From Cenococcum geophilum (lineage: Eukaryota): a stretch of 64,000 bases of DNA. Positions 1 to 13,729 of this stretch are shown here, piece by piece. Every line of letters begins with the position of its first letter. Position 1 is the first letter of the stretch. The notes below the pieces were generated by a model. The model searched no databases. It was not told where the DNA came from and saw only the letters and a list, made by a program, of their open reading frames with translations. Position numbers and translations under genes: made by a program. The stretch spans positions 19,220,001 to 19,284,000 of the forward strand of contig CP158635.1 in NCBI GenBank assembly GCA_050273025.1, given 5' to 3'.

Positions 1-1285
1 AGGTAAAGATTAGGTTTAAAAAGAGGTAGTAATAAATAGTAATCCAAAGCGATATATGCTATTTATTTATAGATAAGAGTTAATCTCTAGCTTCTTTTAT
101 AGCTTCCTTATAAAGAAATACCTAGGTCCCCTAGACTAAACAAATTAGAGATATTAAATCTATCTTAGTAGCCGATCTTAACTATAAAGAGAGTGTCCTT
201 ATTTTTCTTTTTTAGCAGGTATATAAATAGGCAATTTATAATTACTAGTCCTCCTCTTTCCTTTTCCTTTCTCTATAAATTACTTATTTATATCCTAGTA
301 CAAAATAGCTTAAAGAGATTTTTAATTATATAGTGCCTTATAAATAAGAAAGAAAAGTACTAACCCTTCTTTAGCAATATTAGATTTCCTATTTAGTATT
401 AACCATAAATGCGATATCTTATTAAAGGTTATTTTATAAACCTAAAGTCTACTATAATTTTAACCAGGGACGCTTTAATAATAGTTTATTTATAACTTAA
501 TAATATACTAGTATAATAGCGCTTAGAGGACTCTTAGAAGAGGTATTTATCTTAAATAAGTATTAATATATTAAATTTAGGGAATAAGGTATCTAACTAT
601 TAGTTTTAGGATTATTAGATAAGATTATACTTTCCCCTTATAATAAATCTAGCTCTAAAATATATAAGTAACTAATTAATAAGTACTTAAGACTTATATA
701 CCGAGCGTTTAATAAGCGTCTTAAGGGATTAAAGTTTTAGAATGCCTCTCTAATAACTAAAAGTCTTAGGCTAATATTAGGTGTTCCTCTAATAATATTT
801 ATTAATAATTTATTTAAAATATAAGGCTTTTTTATACTAGTAAAGGGATATACCTCTAAAAATAGATGTTTTAGAGGCAAAGGAATTAATATACTAATTA
901 AATTAGCTTTATAAAGTATACTTATAGCAACTATAAAACTATAGAGGTAGAAGTAATTCTCTTATTATCCTTAAAGATCTTAAAGGAGGTTTTTTACTGA
1001 TATTATTACTAACTTTAAGATAGGCGCTGCTAAAGTATATAAAAAGAATACTTTAGGACCTAAGCTAATAAAAACATCCGTTAATAGAGTACGTATATAT
1101 AGCCTTATACTTTATTATAAGCTTAATTATTTCTCTAAGGATATTACGTTTTCTTATAGCACCTTAAGGTATAATTTAAACGTATTATTTTAATAGGAGG
1201 GTAATAAATGCGTATTAGCATTAAACGTCTTTTTTATTTCCTTAAATAGCTTATAAAACCAGTTATTTAATACTATTAGAAGTTT
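1..1285 (-). pseudogene. RIP-degraded hypothetical gene ('EVFFLC' motif family), 3' end not defined
   Basis: Minus frame reads ...WFYKLFKEIKKTFNANTHLLPSY*NN...IRTLLTDVFISLGPKVFFLYTLAAPILKL; the stops are TAA at plausible Q/R/W positions. A similar motif occurs at ~23.7 kb. Confidence 0.4.
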
Positions 1286-1299
1286 AATTAAGAATAAAG

Positions 1300-1702
1300 A
1301 GAAGGATAAAGAGAGCTAGGATAAGAAAGAGTAGGATAAGAAGAGATAGAAAGGGAAGGAAAAAGAAAGGGGATAGGGGAAGGAAAGGAAAGGAGGAAGA
1401 GAAGGGAGGGAGGAAGGGAAGGGAAGGGAAGGGAAGGGAAGGGAAGGGAAGGGAAGGGAAGGGAAGGGAAGGGAAGGAAAGGGAAGGGAAGGGAAGGGAA
1501 GGGAAGGGAAGGGAAGGGAAGGGAAGGGAAGGGAAGGGAAGGGAAGGGAAGGGAAGGGAAGGGAAGGGAAGGGAAGGGAAGGGAAGGGAAGGGAAGGGAA
1601 GGGAAGGGAAGGGAAGGGAAGGGAAGGGAAGAGAAGAGAAGAGAAGAGAAGAGAAGAGAAGAGAAGAGATAAGATAAGACGGGACGGGACGGGATGGGAC
1701 GG
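1300..1702. repeat. Compound pentanucleotide microsatellite (GGGAA)n-(GAGAA)n-(GATAA)n-(GGGAC)n
   Basis: About 44 near-perfect GGGAA units at ~1411-1630, grading into GAGAA, GATAA and GGGAC units. Confidence 0.97.
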
Positions 1703-2686
1703 TTAGCCTAATTATATACTACTTTCCCTAGCTAAACAATATATAGCTAGATTACTTACTATAATCTAGCTAGCATTACTAATACTAATTCTATACTTAT
1801 ATCTTTAATTTAACCTAAGATATTACCTATTTTCTATTTATTAGTTAGAGCACTTCTATACTTTAAGTAATATTATTTTTTAAGCTTACTTTAGTGCTAA
1901 AGTTAAAATCCTATATATAAGCTAGGGGACTATTTTCATAGGTATAGCAAGTACGTATACTATAGCTTTATTTACTATAACGGAGATAATATTAATATAT
2001 CTTAACTAAAGTCTATTAAAATTAATTAGGGAGGGTAGCCTATTACTAGAAGAGGGGTATAGATATACTTATAGCACAGCTTATATTATATAAGAAAAGG
2101 GCAAATCTAGCCTAAAAAACAATACTATCTAGCTCCTCTCTTTACTTAGCTCCTTCTTTAAATTAGTATTACGTTACTAAAGCTTTACGGTAGTAATAGA
2201 TTAAAAGGTATAAGATTAGGTGGATTTTCCTCTAAAGACTAGTACTATTAACCTCCTCTAGCTACTTCTCTAATTATACTTTAAATTAGCTTTACCCTTT
2301 AGGCAACATATAGACTATATTAAAGACCCTAAACACTTCTTTAGGCAGCCCTACTCTATTACTAGCTTAGCAGCCCCTTATTATTTAGTATACTCTATAA
2401 TTCCTAAAGCTGCTAAAGGTAGCTATAGTAATAAATGCGTTATCTACCTCTACCTCTACCCTAGGAGGCCTAGTTATCGAGCTACTAGCCCTAAAAGGCC
2501 CTAAAACTAAAGCAATATTATAAGCCTCTAGGTTAGAGTATAAGACGGTAAATAAAGTATATATCTTTATAGTTGTATATATATAGTCCTACTAATACTA
2601 TTTTTTATAGTTAGGATAAGAAAGCTTATTAGTATAAGATTGCTAAGCCAGTAGCCCTAATAGGAGAGGTTAATAAACTAGACCAA

Positions 2687-3155
2687 CGTCAGGAAAAAAT
2701 TTAGCAGCATTTAGCCAGCATTTTTAGCATTTCGTAGCATTTTATAGCATTTAAAACAAACTATACGCATTAAGTAGCATCTAGGCAGCTATATATATAT
2801 ATTATATATAAATATTTTATTTTTAGATAAATAATTGGATATAGTATATTATATAATAATTTTTTTATAAATTACTTATAAATTATATAAGTTATTCTAC
2901 TTCTAAAAAAAAGTTTAAATTTTTTTAAATTTTTTTAGAAGTAGAATAACTTATATAATTTATAAGTAATTTATAAAAAAAAATATTATATAATATACTA
3001 TATCCAATTATCTATCTAAAAATAAAATTTTTATATATAATATATATATATAGCTGCCTAGATGCTGCTTAATGCGTATAGTCTGTTTTAAATGCTACGA
3101 AATACTACAAAATGCTGAAAATGCTGGCTAAATGCTGCTAAATTTTTTCCTGACG
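2687..3155. mobile_element. 469-bp foldback/MITE-like element that is almost entirely one palindrome
   Basis: Begins CGTCAGGAAAAAATTTAGCAGCATTTAGCCAGCAT and ends ATGCTGGCTAAATGCTGCTAAATTTTTTCCTGACG. The ~225-bp arms differ mostly by transitions and carry subterminal AGCATTT repeats; AA flanks both sides. Confidence 0.85.
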
Positions 3156-3269
3156 AATACGTGTTTGTTAACCGTATTCGAATTAGTAGGTATAATACTC
3201 TTTATAAGTGTCTTTAATTACTAAAGATAAATTATAGATAAGAAAACTAAAGACTCTACATTTTATATT

Positions 3270-5271
3270 AATGTTAAGTTTAAGGGGTTGTAAGACGTTC
3301 TAAGGAAGGTCTTTAAAGATATCCGCGGAATCTGCCTAAGAGAGGATAAGCCTTTAGTGCGGAAAATCTCCGCTATTAAAACTTACCGGCTTATACTGCG
3401 CATAGGTCGAATAAAACCTCCTATAAAAATTTCTCCTAAAACTAAAATTATATTAAAGTAGTATAAACGTTAACTCTAAGAATAAAGTATATTTAAAATA
3501 TCTAGACCTCTTAATTGGCTTTATTAAAACTACCTACGCGTCTATAACTAAACGCCTTAAACCCCCTTTTAAGAACCGTAAAATTACATATAATCTACTT
3601 TAGGCTCTCTTTAAGCCGAACTTAGAGGTTTATACTACCTATCCTAGCACCGGCAAACTAAAATACGTTAAGTTTAATTATAGTAAGGAAAAAACAAGAT
3701 AAAGCGGAGCTAAGTACTTCTATCTAGACTGTTACTACTTTAATTTTAATAGGAAAGTGTTTAGGGAAGCCGCCCTTAGGCTTACTATTAAGAAGTTTTA
3801 TAAAACAAAACGGATAGACTTCCTCTAGGTATTTCCTTTAGAGTACTACCGAAAATCAAGCGAGATTAGAGCACGGCTAATTAGGTATAGTTAAACGTTT
3901 AATAACTTAAGAAGTGTCCACCACCGCTAGTATTAAGGGACTACCTTCTATAAGGATAATAACGGTAATAAGATTAAAGTCTTTATTAAGAGCCGAATTA
4001 TAGTTAATATGGCGTATTTCTAGCAAATTAACCCTAATTACGCTAGACTAAAAATTAACAAGTCGCCAGAAATACTAAACTTATTAGCTATCTTTAATTT
4101 TATAGTGGGCTTAATAGAAAGGAAAGACTAAATTAAGAGGATAGATTTAGATCTAACTAAAATAAAGAATTAAAATTTCCTAGTTAACAGCCTAACTATA
4201 CTAGGTTTTAGTTTAGGTAATAAGCTCTAGCGTACGTTATCTTTACTTATACGTAAGTAGTATTTACTAACGCGTTATAGTTAAGTTCGTAGTTGCTAAT
4301 ATTAGCAATATTATATAGAACCCTTCTTCCTTTAATAACCTTAGGATTCCTACTTAGTAGAATGAAATTATTTAAGCTCTTAGTAATACCTACTTATTTT
4401 AAAACTCTTACCCTATTTTAGATAACTTTATATTAGGCAAAGGGCGTAGACTTATTACCCTTCTATAATATATTACTAAGCCCTTTTTTATAAAATTAGT
4501 TATACCATTATCTACTAAGATAAGTAAATTAGTGGGCCGCCTAGTATTGGTAAGACCTTAACAGCAAAGGCGATATTAGAATACCTTAAGAGACCACTTT
4601 ATATTATACGTCTCTATTCCCTTATAATTATAGCTCTTTCTAACTAAGCAGATCTTTACTAGAGAATTAGGCATAACCGCGGATACACTTAAGGAGAAGC
4701 TTTCTCTTATCTTTAAGATAGTAACTTACTGGAAAGCCACTCTACTCCTTAATAAGGCGGACGTATTTATAGAATAGCGTGCTACTAATAATATTCATTA
4801 TAATGCTCTTATTTATATATTCTTGCGTAAGCTTAAATACTATAAAGAAATCTTGTTTCTTATAACTAACTAGGTAAAGATAATTAATGAGGCCATTATA
4901 AGCAGAATATACCTCGCGCTTTAGTATGGTTTATTAGATTAAAACGCTTAAGAGGTAGTTTAGAGGAGTTTCCTTAATAAGGCAAGTATAATAAAAGAAG
5001 CCGCAGATTTTATGGAAAAGGACCTTAATATTCTAGTAGGGAAGGATCTTAATAGCTAAGAGGTAAGAGCCTTTACGCCTACGGTAAAGCCAAGCTAATT
5101 AATTTTCTAATCTAGATTAAAAATACTGTTTTTACAGCTTAAGTATTAGCTAGCTATAAAGAGATATAAGTGTCCTTATTATATCTAGAATTCGCTATTA
5201 GTATAAACGTAGAATTTTAGCGTAATTTTATAAGAGGAGGTAAGTTTAATAATATATAGTCCTATACTTAG
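3270..5271 (+). pseudogene. RIP-inactivated fungal AAA+ ATPase with introns
   Basis: ITY(D)LL(W)ALFKP at ~3590, GKGR(G)LITLL, Walker A GPP(G)(V)GKTLTA at 4534-4557, Walker B LLL(DE)ADVF, and FLRKL(E)YY(EG)ILFL(T)TN. Many TAA/TAG stops. Confidence 0.9.
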
Positions 5272-5739
5272 CTCTCTTAAATTTACTAGGATATTAGGGG
5301 TTTACAAAATACATACCTTTTTAGCGCGTAGGTAAATATACATTTAGGATTTAGCTATCTTTTTCTTTTCTCTTTTACATTTTTCCTTTATATACTTATT
5401 AATAGTTAGAGGCAGTACGTTACTTAACTATACTGTTTATTAGCTAGTAATATATATATATATATATCCTATATATAAAAGACTTTAACAACGCAATTTT
5501 AGATATAAATACAATTAGGTAGTTATAAATTGAATTTCTAGTTGCGGGCCCGTATTCTAATAGATATAACTAGATAACCTAAAGTGCCTACTACCCTCCT
5601 AAAACCGCAATTGTGGGTAACTAGTGCGTAAATAGCTTTTATTTCTATACGGGGTATAAGCCTATATACTTACTTACTCTTATTATAATAAGGCCTATAT
5701 AATAGGCTATAGCGTAGGCGAATTACTAGTAGATTTAGG

Positions 5740-6380
5740 GATATAAGAACGGAAGCTATAGGGAATTAGGTTCCGTAGGTGAGTAAAAGACGTTAATATT
5801 AGTTTCTATAGGGAACTAAAAGCTATAAGGGGACGGAGGATATAGGTATTAGTTCTTATAAAGAACTAAAAACTATAAAAGATTAGTTTCTATAGGGGAG
5901 TAGAAGATATTACTACTAGTTTTTATAGGAGAGTAAAAGCCGTATAGGAATAGAAGGGTATAGTTCTTATAGGGATGTGGTTACTATATATAGGAACGGA
6001 ATTTATAAAGGATTTGTTTCTGTAGGGGAGTAAAAAAGGTGGCTTATAGTTCCTATAAGGGAGTAAAGGCTATATAGAAATATAAGCCGTAGGGGATTAG
6101 TTCCTATAAGGCGGTAAAATATATAGGTATTAGTACCCGAAGGGGATTTATAAAGGTAAGGGATTTATTAGAGTAGGGGATTCGCTAGCGTAGGGGATTT
6201 ATTAGCGTAGGGGATTTATTAGCGTAGGGGGTTTATTAGCGTAGGGGATTTATTAAAGTAGGGGACTGGTTTCTATAGGGCGGTAAAATATATAGGCATT
6301 AGCTCTCGTAGGGGATTTATTTAGGTAAGGGACTTATTTAAGTAGGGGATTAGTTAGAGGAAGGGATTTATTCTCCTATA
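5740..6380. repeat. Degenerate minisatellite, core 17-bp unit GTAGGGGATTTATTAGC
   Basis: Five near-identical 17-bp units at ~6173-6260, embedded in more diverged GGGGA-containing units. Confidence 0.85.
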
Positions 6381-6569
6381 GCCTCTATTTAGGCAGTATA
6401 AGGCGGCTTCTAATAGGCTAGGGAGTAGATTATATATTTTATAGAAATATAAAGCCTATATAGGATAGTAGGGTATAGGGACCTATAATCTAGCGGAAGA
6501 TTAGGTTATCTACTTTCCCGGGCTTATTTAACCTAGGTAACTTACCCTATGCTATTTTACATGCGTTTC

Positions 6570-9043
6570 AACCAAGGCTGCTACCTAGTCTTAGCCGCCT
6601 AAATATTTACTCGTGCTATAAAAGAGTACAAGATAATAAAATATTATTCTATCTACTCTGCTAATACCTTTAGATCCTTTTATACTTGCTAGAGTATCTT
6701 CTTTATCCTAGAATATAGCTCTAGATTATCCTTCTCCTACTTTCTACTATTTAGAAATGCTACTTTCTAGAGCCTATTAACCTAGGGGACTAATAACTAA
6801 TAGTACGGCGTAAAGTACTCCTCTGCTATTTTAATAAAATTACCTTTATAAGCTACCTTACCTTTTTTTTTTTAACTTAGCTAGCTCTTTAATGTCTATA
6901 TAATTCCACTTCTTAAACCTTAGGATAGGCTTGCGCTCCTTATTTAAACCCTTATAATAAATGCATATCTAGAAAAGTACCTAGAAGAACAACTCCAAAT
7001 TATGCTTAAAGGAGTATTTCTCGCCTAGAAGCACTCCTATAGCTATAAACGCTCTTATACTAGTTTTACCCTATACTCCTAAAGGTCCTTCTCCCTTCTC
7101 TTTAATTATAAGATTAAGATTAATTAAGAATAACTTCTAGGAGGGATTATCGTCTTCCTTATTTATTAAGAGGTTACCTATTAAAATGTCACGTTAGAGG
7201 ATACTAGCCTACGTATATAAAGACTTATATTCTTTAATACTACCCTTTAGTATAGTAAGTATTACAGCCAGAGGGCTTGCCTTATGAGGGGCCTTTTTAT
7301 AGTTGTAAGTAATAACGCGTTAATGCACCTAATTCTATATAATAGGGCGCTTAATTAGAAAGCTTAAATATAGGCGCTTATTAGGCGGTAACGGGGCGTT
7401 AGTATAGCTAAACGACCTCTTTCTACTAGTGCTTTGGCCTTTTCTTATACTGCCTTATACTCTAGCTATACTTAAAGGCACTATTAGGCTTTTAGGCTTA
7501 TAGTTTATCGCTTTAGTAATATCTGGCCCCTTATAGATATTAATAATATTATTATCTTGTCCACCTAAATAGTCCCATAGTAATAGTACCTAGCCACGTT
7601 AATTACTCCTTTCTCCACTACCTTACGTAGTAGTTTGCCTTCTTCCTTACGCTTTAGGTACTACTATAAGTCTTTAATAACAAGAGGTATTTTAAAGGTA
7701 TTACCCTTACGGTATACTTTCTAGTAAGTTGTTGCCTAACTAGTAATATAAGGTGCCCGCTTTATAAGTTTATTAAGAATAAAACACTTGGTCTAATTAT
7801 TACGTACGACCTTAATATATTGTTTACCGTCTGATATTAAAATAATAGGGTTAAACCTAAGCTGCTCTTTATTTATTAAGAGAAACCCTAATATTGCTAA
7901 GGTAAATTATAGTCCGTCTTTATTAATATTAAATAGTAATAATATAATACCTCCTACCAGGTTATACTTTTATAGATCTATAATAGATCTATAAAGGGTA
8001 AAACCTAGGATAAAGTAATGATTGTCCTAAGTAATAAAGACTTCCCTTATATATTTCCCTAAAGCAAACCATACCTATAAGGCTATATTAATATTTAGAT
8101 TACTCTTTAGCTCTTTTAGTATAAGTATATATAACTAATAGCATTAAGAGCTTTCGCTAGCTATTGGATTATCTATAAAACTAATATCTAGCTTTTGCTT
8201 CACTGTAGACCCTTATAAAGGTTGCTTAGTATTTATAAAAAGCTTTTATTATATCTTTAGGGCGGACCCGTACTCCTCTATAAAGCCTAAAAATAATTTA
8301 ATTAGGTTATTAAACCACTCTAGGATATTATTTTACTCTACGCTTTTAGGCCAGTTACGCTAGCCGCCCTTATTAGCGTATAGTGGATTATCCCCTTCCT
8401 TACATTTCTTAAAAACGGCAGCGCTTACCTCTTTAAGACCTTCTACTTCCCTAAAGAATACTTTATATAAGCTAGGAATCCCTATATAAAGAGGGCCTAG
8501 CTCCTCCTTTAAAACATCATCTATGTATTTCCTATATTCGGACGAGTTAGCGAAGCTACTTATATTATATAGATATAGGGATTAAATGTAAAATGGTAGC
8601 GGTTAGGGGGGAGGCGTAGACTCTATTACGGTGGTAATAGTATTACTTTAGACGTCTTTATCGGATTTATAATTAAGAACTATTTTTAGGAGAGGGGTAA
8701 ACTGTTTAATATTAAAGTTAACGGAATTAACTAAGGAGCTAAGTTAGACAAGGTTACGGAGAATATTACTACGGCTAGCGCTAGACAGTAGCAGTTAAGT
8801 AGTAGGAAGGTTTTATAATACTAGGATAAGGTTAATAATGAGATTTTTAAGCCCTATATATATTAGAGGGGACTTATAATAGATAAATTAATAAATACCT
8901 TTATTGCCTATCCGGTATAGCGAGTTTAAAGAGCTAGGAATACCTAGATCTTAATAAGTTAAGTTAAATAAATTACGGAAGTTATCCAGCCCTTTCCTAA
9001 TAGGTTTTATTTTAATTATCTCTAATTTAAAGAGATTTACTAT
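6570..9043 (-). pseudogene. RIP-inactivated fungal-type protein kinase (FunK1 / Pkinase_fungal)
   Basis: Minus strand: IL(Q)RDI(S)IGNLL at ~7170-7200 and GKT(GT)RAF(M)AIGVLLGEK(H)SFKH(D)LE(S)FF(W)VLF(W)ICI at ~6960-7070. The N-terminus EII(ET)KPI(G)KGLDNFR lies near 9000. Confidence 0.9.
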
Positions 9044-10889
9044 TGCGGGCAAACACGCTAAGAGCTATATTAGGAGGACCAATATAGTAAGCAGGTAGGT
9101 AGGTAAGGAGGGGATATTAAAGAGGCTAGGATATAACGGATAGTATAATAGTAGAGAAGTAAATAAGTGTAGGGAGGTTAAGGATATATTAGGCGCGTTT
9201 TAAAATAAGGATATAATGAGGAAGAAAAGTATAAGGAAGGAAGTAAGGTGCGAGCGGAACGCAAGGATTAAAGATTAGGTGTAAAAAAGTTAAGCTAATT
9301 TAATATAGCTTAGACTAAGGCTTTTCGGGGCTTAGTTAAATACTAAGCTATAATAACCTAAAGTGCGGGGATATTATTTGCAGTCTCTAGTTATATAGGC
9401 TAAAATGTAGTATATATATAGGATTCTAGTATTATTGGAAAGCTATAGGCAGCATTTTTTAGTCTATAACTAATTATAATTATTAGCTTTGGTTTATTCT
9501 GTAATATATAAGGCTTAAATAGAGCGAGGCTCTAATATAGTAATGCTAAAGGCGCTAGGTAAGGTGCAGCTATAAAAGCGGGATAATTATTGGGTTAGTT
9601 ATATACGCGCCTACGATTAATTATATAGCTAATTCTAAAACGAGCTAAACCTAATATATTAAATACAGATATAGGCAACCTCTTTTTATAGCAATTAATC
9701 GACCTATTTCCTAAAAACTAGATTCTGTTCCTAGAACTAGATCTAGTTTTTAAAATTATACCCTTTTTATAGTAATTAATTAGCCTATATCCTAAAACCG
9801 GAATTAGGATCTAGTCTCTAGAATTAAATCAAGTTTTTAGGATCGCAATTAAGCTAAAACTAAAAATAATCCGATTAGCTTAATACTATATCTTTTTAGT
9901 TACGTTTAGTACGTCTGGGACCTAGAATTGGGATATAGCCTTTAGAATTAGAATATAGTTTTTAGGATTGGATCTAATTCTTAGAATAAGATCTTGTTTT
10001 TAGTTAAAACTTAGGCCAATATTAAGGGGTAGATTCTATATTTATTAATATGCAATTTAGAGCTAACTTATACCCTAGTTACCCTACAAAACGCTAATAG
10101 GCCATTAATTATCTAGTACTATGGTAATATATTTAAAGTAAAGGTTACTACTAAGGTTAAAGCGAGCTATAAATAAGAATTTTTAAAAGTAAAAGGAGAC
10201 CTTTTTATAAAAAGCTAATAGATTAAAGCGAGACTATAATATAGATTGCTATATCCTAATACGGCGTAACGGTTGATTTTATACCTATACGTCTATAGAT
10301 TAACTTTTATAGCCTCTAAACTTATAAGATCTAGTAAGTCCTCTTCTTTTTATTACTATATGGACTACTAACTGCTTTAAAGGAAAAGTTCTATCCTATA
10401 CTAGTTAAGAAAACGCTAGTATATTTTAACTAGGTTAAAGAGGGTAGGCTAATAAAGGCTAATTTTAAGATATCCGGATTAGAAAGTAATAAGTCTTTTC
10501 TTTATAGAGGACTAAATAAGTTATAGGCCGGCCTAACTTACACTGCCAAGTATATAAAGGTGGAGAACTATTATGCGAGCTAGGTAATTGTTTACTAAGA
10601 CTAGGCTAGTATAATATAGGTTTAAGTGGGGCATCCTAAGGAATATTTCTTCTTAGGATGGCCTAAAATTAACTATAGTAAAGACTCTTATAGAGATCTC
10701 TAGTAATTACTATAACTTAGCTAAGAGTGATATTATAATTAAAATATCTATTTTCTAATTTATAAAAATAAAGCGATATAAATACTAATTAAATAGTATA
10801 CTTTCTCGCGAAATCCGTAAGCGAAATATATAAGCTAAACACTAACTATCTAGAGATGGCCACTAAAAACTAGTTAAAGGTATATCGCT

Positions 10890-11180
10890 ATAGGTACTCC
10901 CCGTTACTCCCTACTATTATAAGTAACTACTATTATAGGTACTCCCTAATATTATAGATGCTCCCTATTACCGTAGGCACTGCTATTTATAAATACTCCC
11001 CTTTATCGCGGGTACTCCTTATTGTTATAGGTGCTCCTTATTATTATAGGTACTTCTTATTGTTATAAGTACTCCTTACTATTAGGAGTACTTCCTATTA
11101 TAAATACTCTCTTCTATTATAGGTGTTCCCCGTAATTATATGTACTCCTACTTATAGGTACTTATTAATATTATAGGTAT
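10890..11180. repeat. Degenerate 18-19-bp minisatellite (GTTATAGGTACTCCTTATT-like)
   Basis: About 14 diverged copies with a TAGGTACTCC core. Confidence 0.75.
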
Positions 11181-12219
11181 ACTAAGTGCTAGCTTTTTAT
11201 AGCTACTTACTTTAGGCTAGGGTTTATTATCTACTAAACCAAATTTAATTAAGTATTGGGTGCCCTATTATAGGCACCTAAACTAACCTTACTTATCGGC
11301 AACGTGTCCTTTTTAAGAGACTTTTAAAGTATACGCTACGAAAACGTATATATATATATATATATATATATCTCCCCAACTTAGGAGATTTATAAATACA
11401 CTAACTATATAAACAATCTCCTTATAGACGTCTCTTACTTTAGTAACAGTGAATTTATTATATAATGCCTTAAAGTATCCTACTTTCGCGGGTTTTCCTT
11501 CTACTATCGGCCGTCAGTCTTAGGCGTTTTATTACTAGCCTAGACAACCCTTATTAAGACTACTACAATCCCATTTATAATACTAGCCCTAAGGTTATAG
11601 AGAAAGTCTAAACTTAGTATGATAGCATTTGTTATACCTTTAACTATTAAAACGTAGTATTATAGCTTATAACCTTCTTTTCCTTATTATTCTTAAAGTG
11701 TCTTAAAGCGTTAATCTAGATTATAGCCGATTAAGCTAAGACGTACTACTTAAATAACGCGGGATAATGGTTTTAATATACTGTATAGTTTTAAGAAACC
11801 CGCGAGTGGATTAAGAGAACTATTAATAAAGGTAAACGCCTAGCTATAAGGGGAGCTTAGTTATATAATACTCTACTATATAATAGTTTCACGCGAGGAT
11901 CCTCTTATTTAAACACGCCTATTTAGACTATACTAGTTTATCTAGCGATTTATCTAAGTTAGAAGAATAGTATTACTTATAATACTAATATCCTCTAATC
12001 TTTTAAAGAATAATAAAAGGCACTTTATAACTAAAATCAAGGGAACAGCTAACTAGATTACTTAGGTAATGGCAATTATATACCTAGGCTTGCGCCTTAC
12101 TATTATTAAGGTATTACGTTAGTAAAGAGTACCAATTTAGGTTTTAAGTTAGTATAATTCGTGACCTTTAAACCCTTTTATAACGAAGAGTAGTAAGACC
12201 CTTAGTATATGCCGGCCTT

Positions 12220-13101
12220 TGGGAACGAAATAGTAGATAAACTAGCTAAAAAGGGCCTTTCTAGAAGAAAACTACAATCTCCTTATACCTCCCTAGCCTA
12301 TATAGGGAGAGCGGCAAGAGAAAAGATACTAAAATAGTGGAAAAACAACTGGCAGCAGAATAAGAATAAGGGAAAACACTATACTAGGATCTGTAAAGGA
12401 AGCTATTCCTTTTCTCTTAAAGCCCCTAAGGATAAATATCCTAAAAGGCTACAATTAGCTTTCTTCTAGCTAAAGCTAGGAAAAGGCTATTTTAAATCCT
12501 TCTCTAAAGTAATAGGGGGGGAGGATGAAGACGGTAGATGCTTTAGGGAATGTAGAGCACTACAAACCCCTAAGCACCTACTACTAGACTGCAACCTATA
12601 TAGAGAAGAAAGAAGAGAAATGCAAAAGAAACTAAGCTCTTCTCTCTCTCTAAAAAAGCCATTTTGTACACCAAAAGGAAGAGAGGCGCTTTTCCTATTT
12701 CTAAGTAGGACAGGGATAGCCACTAGAAAGTGGCTAATAACAGCGGGATCTATAGAAGGAGGTAACTCCTACTAGGCTTTTAGTAAAGAGATATTAGTAA
12801 GTAAAAGAATAGAATTAAATTACAAAAGGATAGGGATAGGCGTTAGGATTTCTTATTTCTTATAGTTTTCTACCGTTTTCTTATTACCTAGTAGTTGCTT
12901 GTAACTTAGTATTTTACTAAGGAACTATAAACCCCTAGTTTAGGGGCTTATAAACTACTAGGACATAGTTACTAGTATATATTAAACTGCCCTAAGGGAT
13001 TCATGTATATAGGACTATAGCGCCATAGCCTAGAGGCTGCATGCGCAGTATTATACGTAGTATAATACAACGGATATAAAAAAATAAAATAAAATAAAAT
13101 T
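12220..13101 (+). mobile_element. 5'-truncated Tad1-like LINE (end of RNase H, C-terminal CCHC finger, 3' UTR, (AAAAT)n tail)
   Basis: Reads GNEIVDKLAK...CFRECRALQTPKHLLLDC...FLSRTGIATRKW with two internal TAG stops. The A-rich tail is at ~13078-13100. A 12-bp TSD is TATGCCGGCCTT (12208-12219) / TATACCAGCCTT (13102-13113). Confidence 0.92.
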
Positions 13102-13729
13102 TATACCAGCCTTAAGCTATAATAGAGTAGCGCCTAGCAGGCTTTCTAATTAGGCTAACTTAGGATAGGCTATAGAAGGGGCTCTTGATTATTTGTATGG
13201 TACGTAGGTAGTTATAATATATTTTTTACTTTATATACTAAATAAGTTTTTGCTATAGCTATACCTAAAAAACATAATTATATAACCTACGTCTTTATAA
13301 ACTCTTCTACTACTTTGTGTTTTGGAATTACTTCCTAGAGCTGCTTAATTATTATCGCAACTTAGTAGTATATAGAAGGTCTATTTATACTATAGCAATA
13401 GCATTCTTAAGATGGCTCTATCTTTCAATTATTTAGCCTATAGAATGTTATTTACGCTGTATATATATATTCCTATTCGCTCTTAATAGGCATAGATCTA
13501 TACTATAACCCTACTTAACCCCGCTAGCTATTCTCGTGGCTCCTATACTTACTATCTTTATATCTAGTATAACTTATTCTTATAGCAGTCTGGCCTAAAT
13601 AATGCAATAACTAAAAATAAGAGCGTGCTTTATATATATAGCTTAACGCAGTAAATCTAGTAAGTTATACCCTATCTTAATATACAATAAGCGATAAAAT
13701 AATAGGTTTAATAAAAAATACTTCTAATC

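Noticed and set aside
12487..12723. 78-aa minus ORF
   Set aside because: Antisense shadow of the LINE ORF2 C-terminus.
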